A stretch of DNA of 63,322 nucleotides, filler included, from Circinaria calcarea (GCA_051942165.1; 44 parts of 44 records of this genome joined end to end with filler, not necessarily neighbours in it); one strand, 5' to 3'. Numbered from the whole stretch's first letter, positions 40,846 through 53,112 are shown. Notes: a model not told the origin generated them from the letters alone. A program made the numbers and translations.

Positions 40846-41498
40846 ATTAGGCGTTATTGCACACACATATCAGGATCTTCAGGTGCCTAGGTATAACTTC
40901 TCCAATCTACTTTCCTTCTGTGCAGCTCCCAGTTCTTGATATTAAAGTCTCGTTGGGTTTTGGTGATACTCGATTTTACTAATCGTCGTGACTCTTATAT
41001 TATATTTGCAGACTAGAGACTCGTTGGTATAGAATTAAGAGTTTGGTCCGAGTACCAGACATAAGCAATAGCAAGAGGAGTTTACTTCAAGAATAATTAG
41101 CGACTATCCCGCCTTGTTGTGCTCGAGGGAGTGTGTTCACCGATTGGCCCGAACCAGGCTATACATACATACATGGTACGATTATATGCCCGAAAGAAAC
41201 TTATGGGTAAAAATTTTAATAACCGGGATAACCTTCGTACTAAAGCGTTCGGTGATAGTGTACTCCGTAAAACAAATTTATGCAAAAGGTGCAGAATTTT
41301 TATTATACACTCAAAAATTTACGCATATCGGATGGCAAATAAGGCGAGGGGATTCAAACGAGCTGGATAAGGTGCGGGGTAACGCATATGATCCGATCCT
41401 ATTCGTCGAGACTTTATAAACTCCTAAGTCCGGGGCCCCTTCTATGCGGTCATAGCCAGCCTCTCTTTTTCGTTCTGTCCTCCTCATATTATAAGGCA

Positions 41499-41828
41499 AT
41501 GTTTATGATATATTTGACCCAGGTGGCAGCTTTAGTGGCAGTATCTCCGATATCCGCAGTCGCCAGCGCTGAAACGTATATCATGGATAGCGAAACTCCG
41601 ATTCCGCCTAAGTATCTTGCGCGGGAGGAGCTTATGAGCCCTCTTTCGAATGGCACTATTAATGCAACCACCTTCGAGGCATCAAACCGTGCCCATGGTT
41701 CAGTATCCCAAGACTCCTTTTATACCGTCTCCAAGGATGCTGCAAACGCTAAACCAGGCACGCTCTTGAAAATTGAGAAGGAGACCAACACATCGCTCTA
41801 TACAATACCTCCTAGTCTAGCTCTATCT
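41499..41828 (+). CDS. Secretory lipase-like alpha/beta hydrolase, 5' fragment
   Basis: Signal peptide; FEASNRAHGSVSQDSFYTV..AKPGTLLKIEKETNTSLYTIPPSLALS. Confidence 0.6.
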
Positions 41829-41928
41829 NNNNNNNNNNNNNNNNNNNNNNNNNNNNNNNNNNNNNNNNNNNNTTAATTAATTAANNNNNNNNNNNNNNNN
41901 NNNNNNNNNNNNNNNNNNNNNNNNNNNN

Positions 41929-42837
41929 AGCGTCGGAATGAGCTCATGCTGCCTGAGCGGTAAAGTCCACCAAGGCGAACCTGGTGGGCAGATGGAAACC
42001 ATTGGCGGCCTTAATACTTATGTGTCGGAGCCCAAGGACAAGTCCAAGGCCAAGACTATCATCTTCATCGTCGACCGTGAGTCCCATTGATCCCTTCAAT
42101 TCCCCGCGATCAGATTTGGCTGCTGAATGGATCTAGTCTTTGGCTTGTACACCAACATCAAACTACTTGCAGATGATTATGCCAAAGCCGGCTTCTACTG
42201 CTACATCCCGGACGTCCACCAAAGCGACTCCCTCCCCCTCTCTTTCCTCCAGAACATTGAGCCCCCTCACATTGAGCCCCCTCTCAAGGAGCGGGAGAAC
42301 CTGAGTGTAGTTGACAAGGCCAAGAATGCCGCCCTCGTCCCTGCAACTCTGGGTCCCTGGCTGGCCAAACACCGAGAAGGCATCAGCCGACCGATCATTG
42401 ACGGTTTCGTCAATGCCGTTCGCATGATACCCGGGACAAACAAGATCGGCGCTATTGGCTTCTGCTGGGGCGGCCGCTACGCTATCCTTCAAGCTCATGG
42501 CCAAAGCAAAGATGAGACGGGAAGCACCATCGGCCGCGTTGACGCTGCATACGCTTGCCATCCGAGTCTGGTAGCTATACCCGGCGACTTCGACCCCATA
42601 ACCAAGCCGATTAGCTTCGCCCTGGGAACGAAAGACAGCCTGTTGGACGAAACCAGCGTCAGCAAGATTCAAGATATAATGGCGAAGAAGACAGACGTTC
42701 CCCATGAGATACGGTTATATGAGGACCAGGTCCATGGGTTCGCATTGCGGGGCGATTGGAGCAGCGACAAGGACAAGAAGGCAATGGACGAGGCGGAAAA
42801 GCAAGGCATAGAGTGGTTTGAAACCTACCTGTCATAG
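41929..42837 (+). CDS. Dienelactone hydrolase family protein, intron about 42078-42136
   Basis: SSCCLSG, D.FG...NIKLLADDYA, GAIGFCWGGRY (nucleophile Cys), HPS, D, VHGFALRGD. Confidence 0.92.
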
Positions 42838-43366
42838 AGAGAGAGAGTCAGCAATGATGCGCTTGTACATATCACCGTGGTGGACTGTTGATATCCAGTA
42901 GGATCGCATCCTGTCATCCTAAGCTGATTACATCCCTACTGTGAGCCTTGTGGGGGCCAGCTAGCCAGGCCCCCCCTCCCTCGACTCAGATTTTAGGTTT
43001 GTACGACGCCGAATCTCACGTTGCCAAGATTTCGTGGCGCCACAAAGCAGGCACTCACATTCCACTCGCACACAAACAATACCCAATCTCCCACATAGGT
43101 AGCTTTACGCCCCCGCCCTCCCGCCAGCCCGCCCCAGTTTGAGTCACCCTTTGCTCACTTATCTTACACCGCTACAAGTGAACCGTACGCCTTGCCTTCT
43201 CTCTCTCTCTCTCTCTCTCTCTCCCTCCAAAGCGGCAAAGATATCGAAAAATCCTTCCTTGAAAAGNNNNNNNNNNNNNNNNNNNNNNNNNNNNNNNNNN
43301 NNNNNNNNNNTTAATTAATTAANNNNNNNNNNNNNNNNNNNNNNNNNNNNNNNNNNNNNNNNNNNN

Positions 43367-43678
43367 GCCTTCCGCTCCTCCAAAGAGTCCTCTTCCTTGA
43401 TCGACCACGGCATTAATCGTCCGCTCAAGCCTGTTGATTTTGACGATCAGAATGATGTCGAAGATAAGGAGAGCGCAAACCAAATAGTAAAGCTGGTTGA
43501 TGGATACGAGGATCATGTTAATGGACTCGGCAGCGAGCATGCTGGCGGTGGACTTGGAGGGAAGCAGGCGAAGCTGGGAAAGTTGATTATTGAGGATGAA
43601 GGTTTGAAGATGCTAGATTTATTGGTTGCAGCCAACATGGGAGTTTGGTGGGGTGTTTATGGAAGAGCGGAGGGGTGA
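43367..43678 (+). CDS. Conserved fungal hypothetical protein, C-terminal fragment
   Basis: EHAGGGLGGKQAKLGKLIIEDEGLKMLDLLVAANMGVWW. Confidence 0.7.
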   Translation, partial: AFRSSKESSSLIDHGINRPLKPVDFDDQNDVEDKESANQIVKLVDGYEDHVNGLGSEHAGGGLGGKQAKLGKLIIEDEGLKMLDLLVAANMGVWWGVYGRAEG

Positions 43679-45116
43679 CAAAACGTCCTTTACATGGCCT
43701 CAATAAGGCACACGTGTGAATGTTTATAAGTCACACCGTGCTCGGAGACTGGAGCTGTGAATCTGTGATCTAGTTATCTCACAATAATTCACCATGTTGC
43801 TACTCAGCTCACCAATCGATTCTACGCTCAGGTGTGTGGCCGTTACTCGATTAGGAGTATTCTGATTTTCGACAGCCATCTAAAACGTCACGACTGCTAG
43901 AGACGATAGGAACCAATACAATTAGTGGACCTAGCTGTAAGAATCGCCGCTCGAACTTTCCACTCGAGCATGATCTTGCAAGAGACGACTCCGACGCCAA
44001 AGAATTGAAGGCCTGTGAAACTGACTACGAACTGGGCATAAAGATGAACTCAGTGAGATCTCTATAACTGTGTAGGCGAAAATTTCTCCATTGGCTCTCT
44101 TCTCTGGCTTTTGAAGCACCAATGAGCCCCCGTTAGGATCTGGATGGTTGTTTTTGCTGGCTATGAATATCCAATCAAAAGAAGGCTCGAATACCCGAGT
44201 TCATGACCAACCCCACCCCCCCACCTGGTTCTCTAGAGTAGCCCAAACCAACCTATGCACAATCCCGTGCCTGTGCCTGTGCCTGTGCCTTACTAAAGCT
44301 TGATAGCTCATTCATTTGACCATCCTTTCCTTCCTTCCCCCCTTTTCTAGCTTTTTTTAAACAAAACAGAAAAATACCAATTCCAAAAAAGAGTCTAGCA
44401 TGATCCATACCCCTTCTTCATACATGTGCAGAAAGAAGGGAACCATGGAGAGGGTGTAAAGAAAAACCACCTTATTTATGTATTTATGAAAAGCACAAAA
44501 TTTCGTTCCACCATGTATACATACATGTATACATACATGTAAACAAACAATAATTCCTTTACCATAGTTATCCAGACCCCCCGGGAGAGGGTAGGTAATA
44601 CTCTACTCACTTTACCTTACCCTATCTTACCCTGCCCTACCCTTCTAACCCCATCTTGAGCAGAGCAACTAAACTCCCCTCCCCTATTCACCAACCTTTC
44701 CCCCNNNNNNNNNNNNNNNNNNNNNNNNNNNNNNNNNNNNNNNNNNNNTTAATTAATTAANNNNNNNNNNNNNNNNNNNNNNNNNNNNNNNNNNNNNNNN
44801 NNNNACGAAGAAGAGGATGGTGAGGAAGGAGACGACGATGACGAGTAGTGCTCATGCTAGTAAAATGCGATGGGCTGCCTTGGACGGCGCACGCTTATCA
44901 AATTTCTGCTGGTATACTTGTTGTAGTATAAATATGTTACGTTGCGTGTTTTGCCCCCCTCTTTCTACTCACACGTTTCCTGCGGTACATCCCAGGTGCC
45001 TGGCATTCTGCTGATTGCCTTTTTGTACGCTACCATCAGAATTCTCTTCTCTCTTACCATAGCCTGCGGGTATCAGAAGATGAATATCCTCGCCATGCAA
45101 TACAAATACTGATTTC

Positions 45117-46141
45117 TCAAAGTCTGATATCTATGAAGATGAAGTCCTGGGTAACAGGGGTTTCCCAGATCTTGGCACTAGATGATTTCTGCTTCTGAGC
45201 TTCCACCTCTAGCCACACCGCATCCGGATTCATCGTATCGAGTGCAGCTCGAACATCTGACCTTGAGTTTATATAGGGTCCAAGTATATCCATCAGATCG
45301 TCCTCCACTAGTGCCTCAATCCTGATGAATTCTATCAGTCGGCAGCATACTTTGACTAACGCATCCCACATCTGATAGGAAGCACTGAAACGCCCCTGAC
45401 CAGTCTCCCCTTGATTTCCTGTGAGCATCTTTGCATGAACCCTGCGATAGAGGCTGCAAATCTCAGGCCATTCGTTGTCCATCCGAGAAGCCACAAAGTC
45501 CGCAGCATACTTGAGAATGTCTGAGATGGTCTCACAGGCCGTGACGCTGACAAAAGTTTCTTCGTCATACAGACGTCTTACGACAACGGGCCAGATATCA
45601 TTTATCAGAGGAAGGAATTCATCCTCGTTGCGGGATAGGGTTGCACAACCTGTGCCTGTCAGTTGCAGAACTTGACGGCGAAGTTTTGGCGATTCATGCG
45701 TGAGATAATGCTGTCCGATTCGGACAATAGATTGTACTGTTCTGTATGTTTTGTTTGGTGATTGAGGCGTCCCCACAATTGCATTTGAAGGCCGTAAGGG
45801 TTTTAGGCCATCATTATTCTTATCATATGTATTGGCAGACTCCTCTTCGGTTGAAGCAACGCCATCTGCGATGGTATCTTGGGAGCTGGGCCGCCACTTG
45901 AACTGCTGCTTCAGAAAGTCTGCCACTTCTGCAACACGAGTTGGGTGGTGCAATGGTTTCCGGGCATTAGCATGAGCAGAGTCCTCAATCCAGAGTATAT
46001 CATCAACTTTCTTGCTTTCGTCAACTATTGCATGTAGGACAGCACATAGCGACTCTACTAACCGTGGGTATCCGTGAAAAGATGCCAATGCGGAGAAAAC
46101 AGACTCAATCAGATCGTCAAGGTAGGGAATCAATCTTGCCC
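45117..46141 (-). CDS. TTI1: TEL2-interacting protein 1 (HEAT repeats), C-terminal fragment
   Basis: LIPYLDDLIESVFSALASFHGYPRLVE, QHYLTHESP, FLPLINDIWPVVVRRLYDEE, NPDAVWL. Confidence 0.85.
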
Positions 46142-46241
46142 NNNNNNNNNNNNNNNNNNNNNNNNNNNNNNNNNNNNNNNNNNNNTTAATTAATTAANNN
46201 NNNNNNNNNNNNNNNNNNNNNNNNNNNNNNNNNNNNNNNNN

Positions 46242-46794
46242 GGAGAAGAGCCATGGCTACATACTCGAAGAGCGCGCGAAGAGAGAGGAGGAGCGGGCGA
46301 GGAGGAAGGAATGGGAAAGGGAGGAAGCCAGGCAACGGAGGGATCGGCAGGCTTGGGAGAATCGGATCGATGAGGTATTGGGCAAGAGGCAAATGAGAAG
46401 TAGGAAAATCGAGTGGAAAGGGGTTTGGCACAGGTACGTTAGGCGGTGGGAGGAATTAAGGGAGCGATCACGCGAAGGGAAAAGGGAAGGGACGGAAGGC
46501 AAGGATATACGGCTCAAAGAGCTCATTCCTTATCCGGTCAAGTCTTTAAAACTTGAGGACGTCAGCAACGAGGCCGTGGAGCTCTTCCTGCAAAATGCGC
46601 CCCAGGAAGACGAAGCGACAGGGGAGGTCGACCTGCTAGCCATACTAAAGGCGGAAAGGGTGAGGTGGCATCCAGACAAGATTCAGCAACGATATGGAAG
46701 TTTGGGGCTGGATAGCGGGACTACCAAAGGTGTTACGGCGGTATTTCAGGTCATCGACCGAATGTGGGGGGAGATTAGGGAAAAGACTGGGTAA
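46242..46794 (+). CDS. Hypothetical protein with an HPD-containing helical C-terminus
   Basis: Charged coiled region, IPYPV, LKAERVRWHPDKIQQRYG..VTAVFQVIDRMW. Confidence 0.7.
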
Positions 46795-47297
46795 AGGTGA
46801 GGTCTGTTCGGCGGGCAAGTGAAACAGTCTATATATCTACGCCGGGTCTTTTTCAGAGCTGAGTGCTACATGACTTCATGTCTATGATGTGCAAATCCCA
46901 AGATACCCATTTGCTTATCGGAGATCAAACAATATCAAGGACTCATGCAAATTTGGATCAAGGGGTGTGCTTGCGACTGGAACAATAACTCAGATACCTC
47001 TTGCTTTTGGCTAAAATATGATGAGGACAGAACTAATAATGTAAACCTCCCAAAAGTAAGGCTGTCCCGCAACAACGAAGCCGGTCCCGAATTAGGGTCA
47101 GAAAATCGCAGCAGACGGTGCGTGCTCTCAAGTTTACCTTGAGGCGTAGTCTACACGAAGTGAAAAGCCCGTGGGCAGAGTAGCAGGTAGTAATCGCAGG
47201 CGTGATGGAAGGGTTTGTATCGGAAATGACCATGACCTCCCCCCGTTGAAGCATAGTTGACGCCGTCGTCGGTAGACATGGATATTATCCACGTAGG

Positions 47298-47578
47298 TTA
47301 GAAGTCCGTGAAAAAGTGGCCGTGGCTTTAAAACCATTAGCAGATTACTTTCCAGAGGTGCATACCGGGGCTTACGGGTCCACGCCAGTATCGCCGTACT
47401 GTTCCGTCTCCTCGGGATACTTGTCAAACTGACTCGCATCGCCGACTCCACCTTTAACGGGCGGAACATACGGCGCATCGATGTCTTTTTTCGACAAGCG
47501 GTCCCAGGTAACTTCTGCAAACCAAGGATGGTTCATGACGTCCCTTGATCCTCCGTGAAGATTTCCCAATCGCTTTGT
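47298..47578 (-). CDS. cAMP-dependent protein kinase catalytic subunit, C-terminal fragment, one intron
   Basis: KRLGNLHGGSRDVMNHPWFAEVTW..IDAPYVPPV..GDASQFDKYPEE..DP|HGHFFTDF* (FxxF end). Confidence 0.92.
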
Positions 47579-48199
47579 NNNNNNNNNNNNNNNNNNNNNN
47601 NNNNNNNNNNNNNNNNNNNNNNTTAATTAATTAANNNNNNNNNNNNNNNNNNNNNNNNNNNNNNNNNNNNNNNNNNNNAACTTCAATGGTTACACACATG
47701 TACCTTATTCCGCAATGACGGGTATTTTATTGTATACAGCAGACAGACAGGGGAATGGCAGAGGGGACAGAAATATTAACGAGGGAGGATCAAGGGTATA
47801 AAAACACCGGACCACTCAGAGAGGGGCGATTCATCCTGTCCATATGTATGTAGCTTCGACATCCAGTCACTTTGGGCAGATTGGAGCAGGAATTCGGGTA
47901 CCCATTATATTTTGATTCACCACCACCATTATCACCCACGGCTAAACACTTGAAACGTAAACCATTTCAGTAAAGGACAGTAGCTTCTCATCGCGTTAGC
48001 CCAACTTTTCCCCTCCTATCAACACCCTCCCTCCTACCAGCAAACACTTGACAAGCAAGACATTTTCAAAGAAGCGTTGCAACAAGAGTAAGGACAGTGC
48101 TTCTCCACGTATGAGCCCACTGTTGCCTCCTACCAACCCCCCTTTCCCCCTTTGACAACACGGTGTCGTTTGCCCGGCTGCCGCATGGGTTTAAATCGG

Positions 48200-48671
48200 C
48201 TAGGTGATAATTGCGTTGCCCAGGCAGACTTGAATACTCTACGCCAGTGGTTAGTGCAGATTATAAAAGGTGAGATTGGACGCCTTACGTTATTGGCATT
48301 GCAGCAGACGGTGGTCTGGGAGCACTGGGAGGCGAGCTCTGTTTGAGTTATGTGGTTAGCCATTGTAATGAGTGATTGATGTGAATGATGGCCGAGGTGA
48401 GGGACATCAAAAGCGGTCCGTGGAACAGGGCGAGTAGCGAATGAACATTGGGCAGCTTACGAAAGGCGAAGCAACTCGTGTATTGTCCTTTGTTATCGGT
48501 GTTGCAGCAGTACGGCTGAGCACCGTTGCCGCAGGCATTAACCTGGGTCACGTCGGACTGCTTGGGAGGCTGTGGCTTCGGAGGCTTGGGTGGGTTGGCC
48601 TCGGCAGCAGGAGCAGCAAAGGCTCCGGCAACAAGGATGGTAGCGAAAGCAAGGACCTTGGTCATATGCAT
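48200..48671 (-). CDS. Hydrophobin; exons 48671-48461, 48338-48289, 48238-48200
   Basis: Signal peptide, Pro/Lys-rich linker, eight cysteines C-X7-CC-X10-C-X8-C-X5-CC-X8-C after splicing two GTAAG..CTAAC..AG introns. Confidence 0.85.
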
Positions 48672-49113
48672 CTTGGCTGGCTTGAGGGTAAAGTTGGGGT
48701 CTTGGGAAAGAAGGAGCTTGAAAGGCTGCTGAAGCGGGTATTGAGTGCTGGTTGGTTGGTAGTGGAAGGTGGAGAGCTGGATGATGAGGAGGAGAGAGAA
48801 GGAGAGTTGATGGCCTTATATGCATTTTGGGTCCATGCCCCTGGAACAATCAGAGTTACATCGAACGCTTGACGGGCCAAAGCTGATGGTGCATCCATCG
48901 CCCCAGCTTTCCTGCCATGTAATGCCAACAGGTACGAATGGGGAACCGATAGACGGGGCCAGGGGAAAGTTTGCGAGTGGTGGTCAGCTCAGCCCACATG
49001 CGTTCGCATCCAGNNNNNNNNNNNNNNNNNNNNNNNNNNNNNNNNNNNNNNNNNNNNTTAATTAATTAANNNNNNNNNNNNNNNNNNNNNNNNNNNNNNN
49101 NNNNNNNNNNNNN

Positions 49114-49702
49114 TGGAGGCAGTTTAGGGTTGGCTGTATGAATGGCCCTCGCCAAGTGCAGAGTCAAAGCACCATGACCTGTACCTGCCTCGAGGATTTC
49201 TAGAGGGGCATCCACAGGTATACATTCCGGTGGGGATGCATGGATATCAAGCAATGCGACCATTAGATTGGCATCGGGGGGATACACCTACTGATATTTA
49301 CATTAATCATTCACAGGGTCCATTGTTCACACTCGAAAACTCACGGGAGTGACCAGGCGCGGAGTTAAGGTAGCGTAGTCATGGAGTGTCGGAATATGAA
49401 CACGAAGCTCACGACCCGTACTAGTCACCACAACGTCTCGAGCTCCTTTACCGATGAGGGCCTCATGGCTGATACTTCCCCACCGAGAAACTATGGTCTT
49501 ACCAGGCCGCAGCGGCTTGGTGAAGAGTGGCGCTTTGGACTCATCTTTCACTCGGAGCAGTACACGGTCACCCTCTGGTAACCTTAGCTTTGTGTGGACT
49601 CTCTGCACTCAATCCAGATTGAACATTACCTGCTATTCTGTGGGCACCTGACGTGAACCTTCTCCGGCAGTCCAAACTTAGACTTCTAGCCCAGGGCCGC
49701 AT
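49114..49702 (-). CDS. tRNA m1A58 methyltransferase catalytic subunit (Trm61/GCD14-like), 5' part, 2 introns
   Basis: EGDRVLLR, GSISHEALIGK, PTLHDYATLTPRLVTP|VYPPDANL, ILEAGTGHGALTLHLARA (SAM-binding motif). Confidence 0.82.
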
Positions 49703-49821
49703 AGAGTTTGTAACGTCCTCTTTAAAAGAGTGCAACTGAAGGGTAGTTTACCAGCAATCAGCATGTGAATGACGATCTGACAATCAGAAGTTATCAGGGG
49801 CTAACCGTGCCCAAGGGTAAA

Positions 49822-49951
49822 CTCCGAAAAAAATATTTTTGCGAAATATTTTTGCGAAATATTTTTGCGAAATATTTTTGCGAAATATTTTTTTCGGAGC
49901 ACTAACAAGTTAGTGCCTGTCAGTCGCATAATAGAAATCAGTCGCATAATA
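49822..49951. repeat. Foldback/tandem repeat block
   Basis: About four 13-bp gcgaaatattttt units bounded by a 17-bp perfect inverted repeat (ctccgaaaaaaatattt), then hairpin GCACTAAC-AA-GTTAGTGC and two copies of tcagtcgcataata. Confidence 0.8.
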
Positions 49952-49980
49952 AAATTATTTTTAAATAATATATTACTACT

Positions 49981-50191
49981 TGTTAAAGGTTCAGCAGGAA
50001 GTGGCTTAAGCAATGCATGGAAACGGTATTCAATGTGTACGCAATAGTCAATATATTGTGTAACGTGTATAGTTCGTAAAATGCGAAGGAAAGGGGAAAA
50101 CTCTGCTACCCGCGCTAATACTAATATGGGTAGTACAGGACTTCTGTATACAGAAGTTCGGCATACAGTATGCTTGGCTCTCTATTTAACA
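49981..50191. mobile_element. Solo LTR, family A, with 5-bp target-site duplication CTACT
   Basis: ctact|TGTTAAA...TTTAACA|ctact: TG..CA ends, 7-bp terminal inverted repeat, second copy at 33504-33745. Confidence 0.88.
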
Positions 50192-50837
50192 CTACTTTGT
50201 TTCTAAGAATAAATTTATTTAAATCCCATCAGATTTTAAATTTATATACTTACTTTTTTAATACTAAATTTTAAGTTTTTTTATTTATAATAATTATTGT
50301 TTTTAAAATTTTATAAAAAATCGTCGATTTTTGCCATAAATCGTAAAATAATTTATATTCGTGCCACTTTTCTATAATTATAACCATAATAGTACTGAAT
50401 CCAGGTAAGTAATATTAAGAGAACATGCCTACGTATACGTATAATATNNNNNNNNNNNNNNNNNNNNNNNNNNNNNNNNNNNNNNNNNNNNTTAATTAAT
50501 TAANNNNNNNNNNNNNNNNNNNNNNNNNNNNNNNNNNNNNNNNNNNNGAGGGGTAATAAAATGAAGGGGGGAAAAAAGGAGTTGTTTGGGGGGAGAAAAG
50601 AAAGAAAGATTGATTGATTGGTAAGACGAGAATGGAATCAACGGGACCGGGGGGGGTGTTCTTTTTCCCCCCAACTCCCACTCTGTAAAACGATTGGGGG
50701 TCAAAAGCCAATGTCTGTGGGAAACCCCCAAAATCCCCCCCTTTAATCCCCATTGACAAGATGTTACTTTTCTTTCATTTACCCAACTTTAGTACCTTCT
50801 TCAGCACCTTCTTCATCAGCTCCTCCTAATTCTGCTC

Positions 50838-51844
50838 CTAATTCTCCTTGGATAAGTTCAACTTCTCCTTGGGTAAGTTCAACAGCTCCTTCACCACCTC
50901 CTCCAAACTCTCCTTGGGTAAGCCCAACATCTCATTCGCCAGCTCTTCCTCCTCATTGTATGCGCTCCCTCTGTCCTTCCCGTAAACGGTCGCCACCATC
51001 AAGTCCGGCACTGCGCTCATATCCCCCTTTTCTAATCTCTCCCGCCCCCGCGTCGTCAGCGCCTCCGTCATCTCATGCCGCACTTCCCATTTCGCACCCG
51101 AGGCCGTTTCGAGCGCGGCCAGGATTTCGTTTTGGGAGGTGGTGAAGGAGGAGATGTAGATGAATCGGTTGGCGGTCCGGGAGGGCTGCAAGAGGACCTT
51201 GACGACAGCGGTGCCGATAGTGGGCAGGGTGGTGGTGTCTATACGCGTGTTACCGGAGTCGTAGATGGTGGCGGTGTGGGTGGGGATAGAGAAGCCGAGG
51301 ACGCCGGTTTGGAGGCCCCTGAGAAAATAGAAAAGGACGAGGTTAATTTGCGTGGGCGGGTATGGTACGGATGACCTGCGGAAGAGGTTTGGGATTTTGA
51401 GGGGGGGGAGAGGTTTACCAGTCAAAAAACGGGCCGGTTACTACACCGGTCCAGCTGAGCCCTTTGCTTTCTTGCTCCCGCAGATACTGGATCACTTCAT
51501 ACTTGTCCGCTAGCATGGGCACAAGTTCCCGGCTTTTGAGGTTGAGAGTGTTGCCGACGAACTCGGAAGGGATGAAGTGTTTTACACCGGCTTTGACGGC
51601 CATATCGATCATGTCTCTCTGCGCCTGTTTGGTGAAGGCGTTGATAGTGGAGACGATTGCGTCTTGGCCCTTGAAGGCTTCGAGGAGTTCTTCTTCCGGG
51701 TAGGTGTCGGAGACGGCGTAAACCTTGTTGTGGGATGGATAGGTGGACTTGGAGGACTTGCGGGAGAGGATGGAGACTGTGAATTGGGATTCTTTATTGA
51801 GGGCTTCGAGGACCGAAAGACCGAGGTAACCGCCTGCCTGTGCG
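50838..51844 (-). CDS. NmrA / isoflavone reductase-like protein, intron about 51321-51418
   Basis: AGGYLG, AFKGQDAIVSTI, AGVKHFIPSEF, TGPFFDW|GL, TTLPTIGTAV, SFTTSQNEIL. Confidence 0.88.
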
Positions 51845-52382
51845 GTTTTCATTATCGAACCCTAAAACTCGAAAGAACGACNNNNNNNNNNNNNNNNNNN
51901 NNNNNNNNNNNNNNNNNNNNNNNNNTTAATTAATTAANNNNNNNNNNNNNNNNNNNNNNNNNNNNNNNNNNNNNNNNNNNNCCTCGATATCAACACCGGT
52001 TCTGGTTGGCATTCTCCGGAGTTGCTGTGTTCACCTCCACAGCTGCGGTGTTTGTCATTCTTCCGCCAGCTTCCGTGTGGTGTTCATACAGCTTCACTAG
52101 CTTCCTTTTTGCAGTATAAAGCTAGGTCCTTGCTTCTGTTTTTTCCTTTTCTTTTCTTTGCCCCTTGACATTGGTTTGTGGCGCGCCCTTCTCGCGTGCG
52201 AGTTTTCACTAACCAGTCCTTCAGTTGTATAGAAAAAACTTTGTAAGTGTGATCCCAGGTCTAGCTCTCTACTGATCTCTGTCTAGATCGAAAGCCCTCA
52301 CACTTCGCAACTGTTTTGTAAGTCGCATGCGTGTCGCATGGATCTCGCTCTGCTGACTTAGATAGTTCTTTGCGCCTACACA

Positions 52383-53112
52383 ATGTCTGCGCTTGGTGGC
52401 AAGTTTCCTTTCCTGTTTGCGCCTCTCATGCGACTCGCATCTGACTCGATCACAGGGCCCGAGGCCCCCACCACCCCTCTTCCATCGCGCAAGCGTGGGA
52501 GAGAACCTCCAGATGACGGCGAGTCGCCGCCGACGCGCCTGAGGCTCAAGAGGCCTAGGGCTCCTTTGCCCGAGCGCCAGTGCAACTGGTGTCGGAGGTG
52601 CTTGCAACGCCTCACAAGGCTGTCGGCGGCTGATGAGCCAGTCTACTGCCATCATGCCGGCACTCGCGCTCGATGCGAGTACTGCGTGAGTGGTAACCGC
52701 AAGGCGGCAGACTGTGTTGTAGTAAGTCCTCGTTCCTTTGAATCGCCTGCTAATCTCATGCGACTCGCAGGTTCCGGAGGAGCTACAGGAAGAAGCTGCT
52801 TCGGTAGTTTCTCTCTACCAAGAGTTCTTGGGCGGCAATGCTGCCACCTCCCTTGGGGATGTCGTGTCTGCTGCGCGGCATCTATGCGATCAATTCAGGG
52901 TCGCGACCCGACGTGCGCCCGCTCGGGTGAACGCTGCTCTGGGTGAACTCCCATCACGTTCCGCCCAGGCGCCGTCGGCCGTGCCAGCTCTTTCCGAAGA
53001 GACTGGTGACCGAATCGCGACCGCTTTAGAGGCGATTGCTGCTCTACTTGCTAGGGCCCATGGGTTGGCGAGCCCCCTGGAAGAGAATTCTTCCGCTGCT
53101 GACGAGGCATAA
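52383..53112 (+). CDS. Small Cys-rich (zinc-cluster-like) hypothetical protein; intron 52722-52770, possible GC-AG intron 52399-52455
   Basis: Basic RKRGR/RLKRPR stretch, CRRC-X15-C-X8-CEYC-X9-C; splicing joins the two ORFs in frame. Confidence 0.6.

Noticed and set aside
49981..50191. Novel structured ncRNA or ribozyme shared with 33504-33745
   Set aside because: TG..CA ends, a terminal inverted repeat and a 5-bp duplication explain it as a solo LTR; no hammerhead or HDV core motif seen
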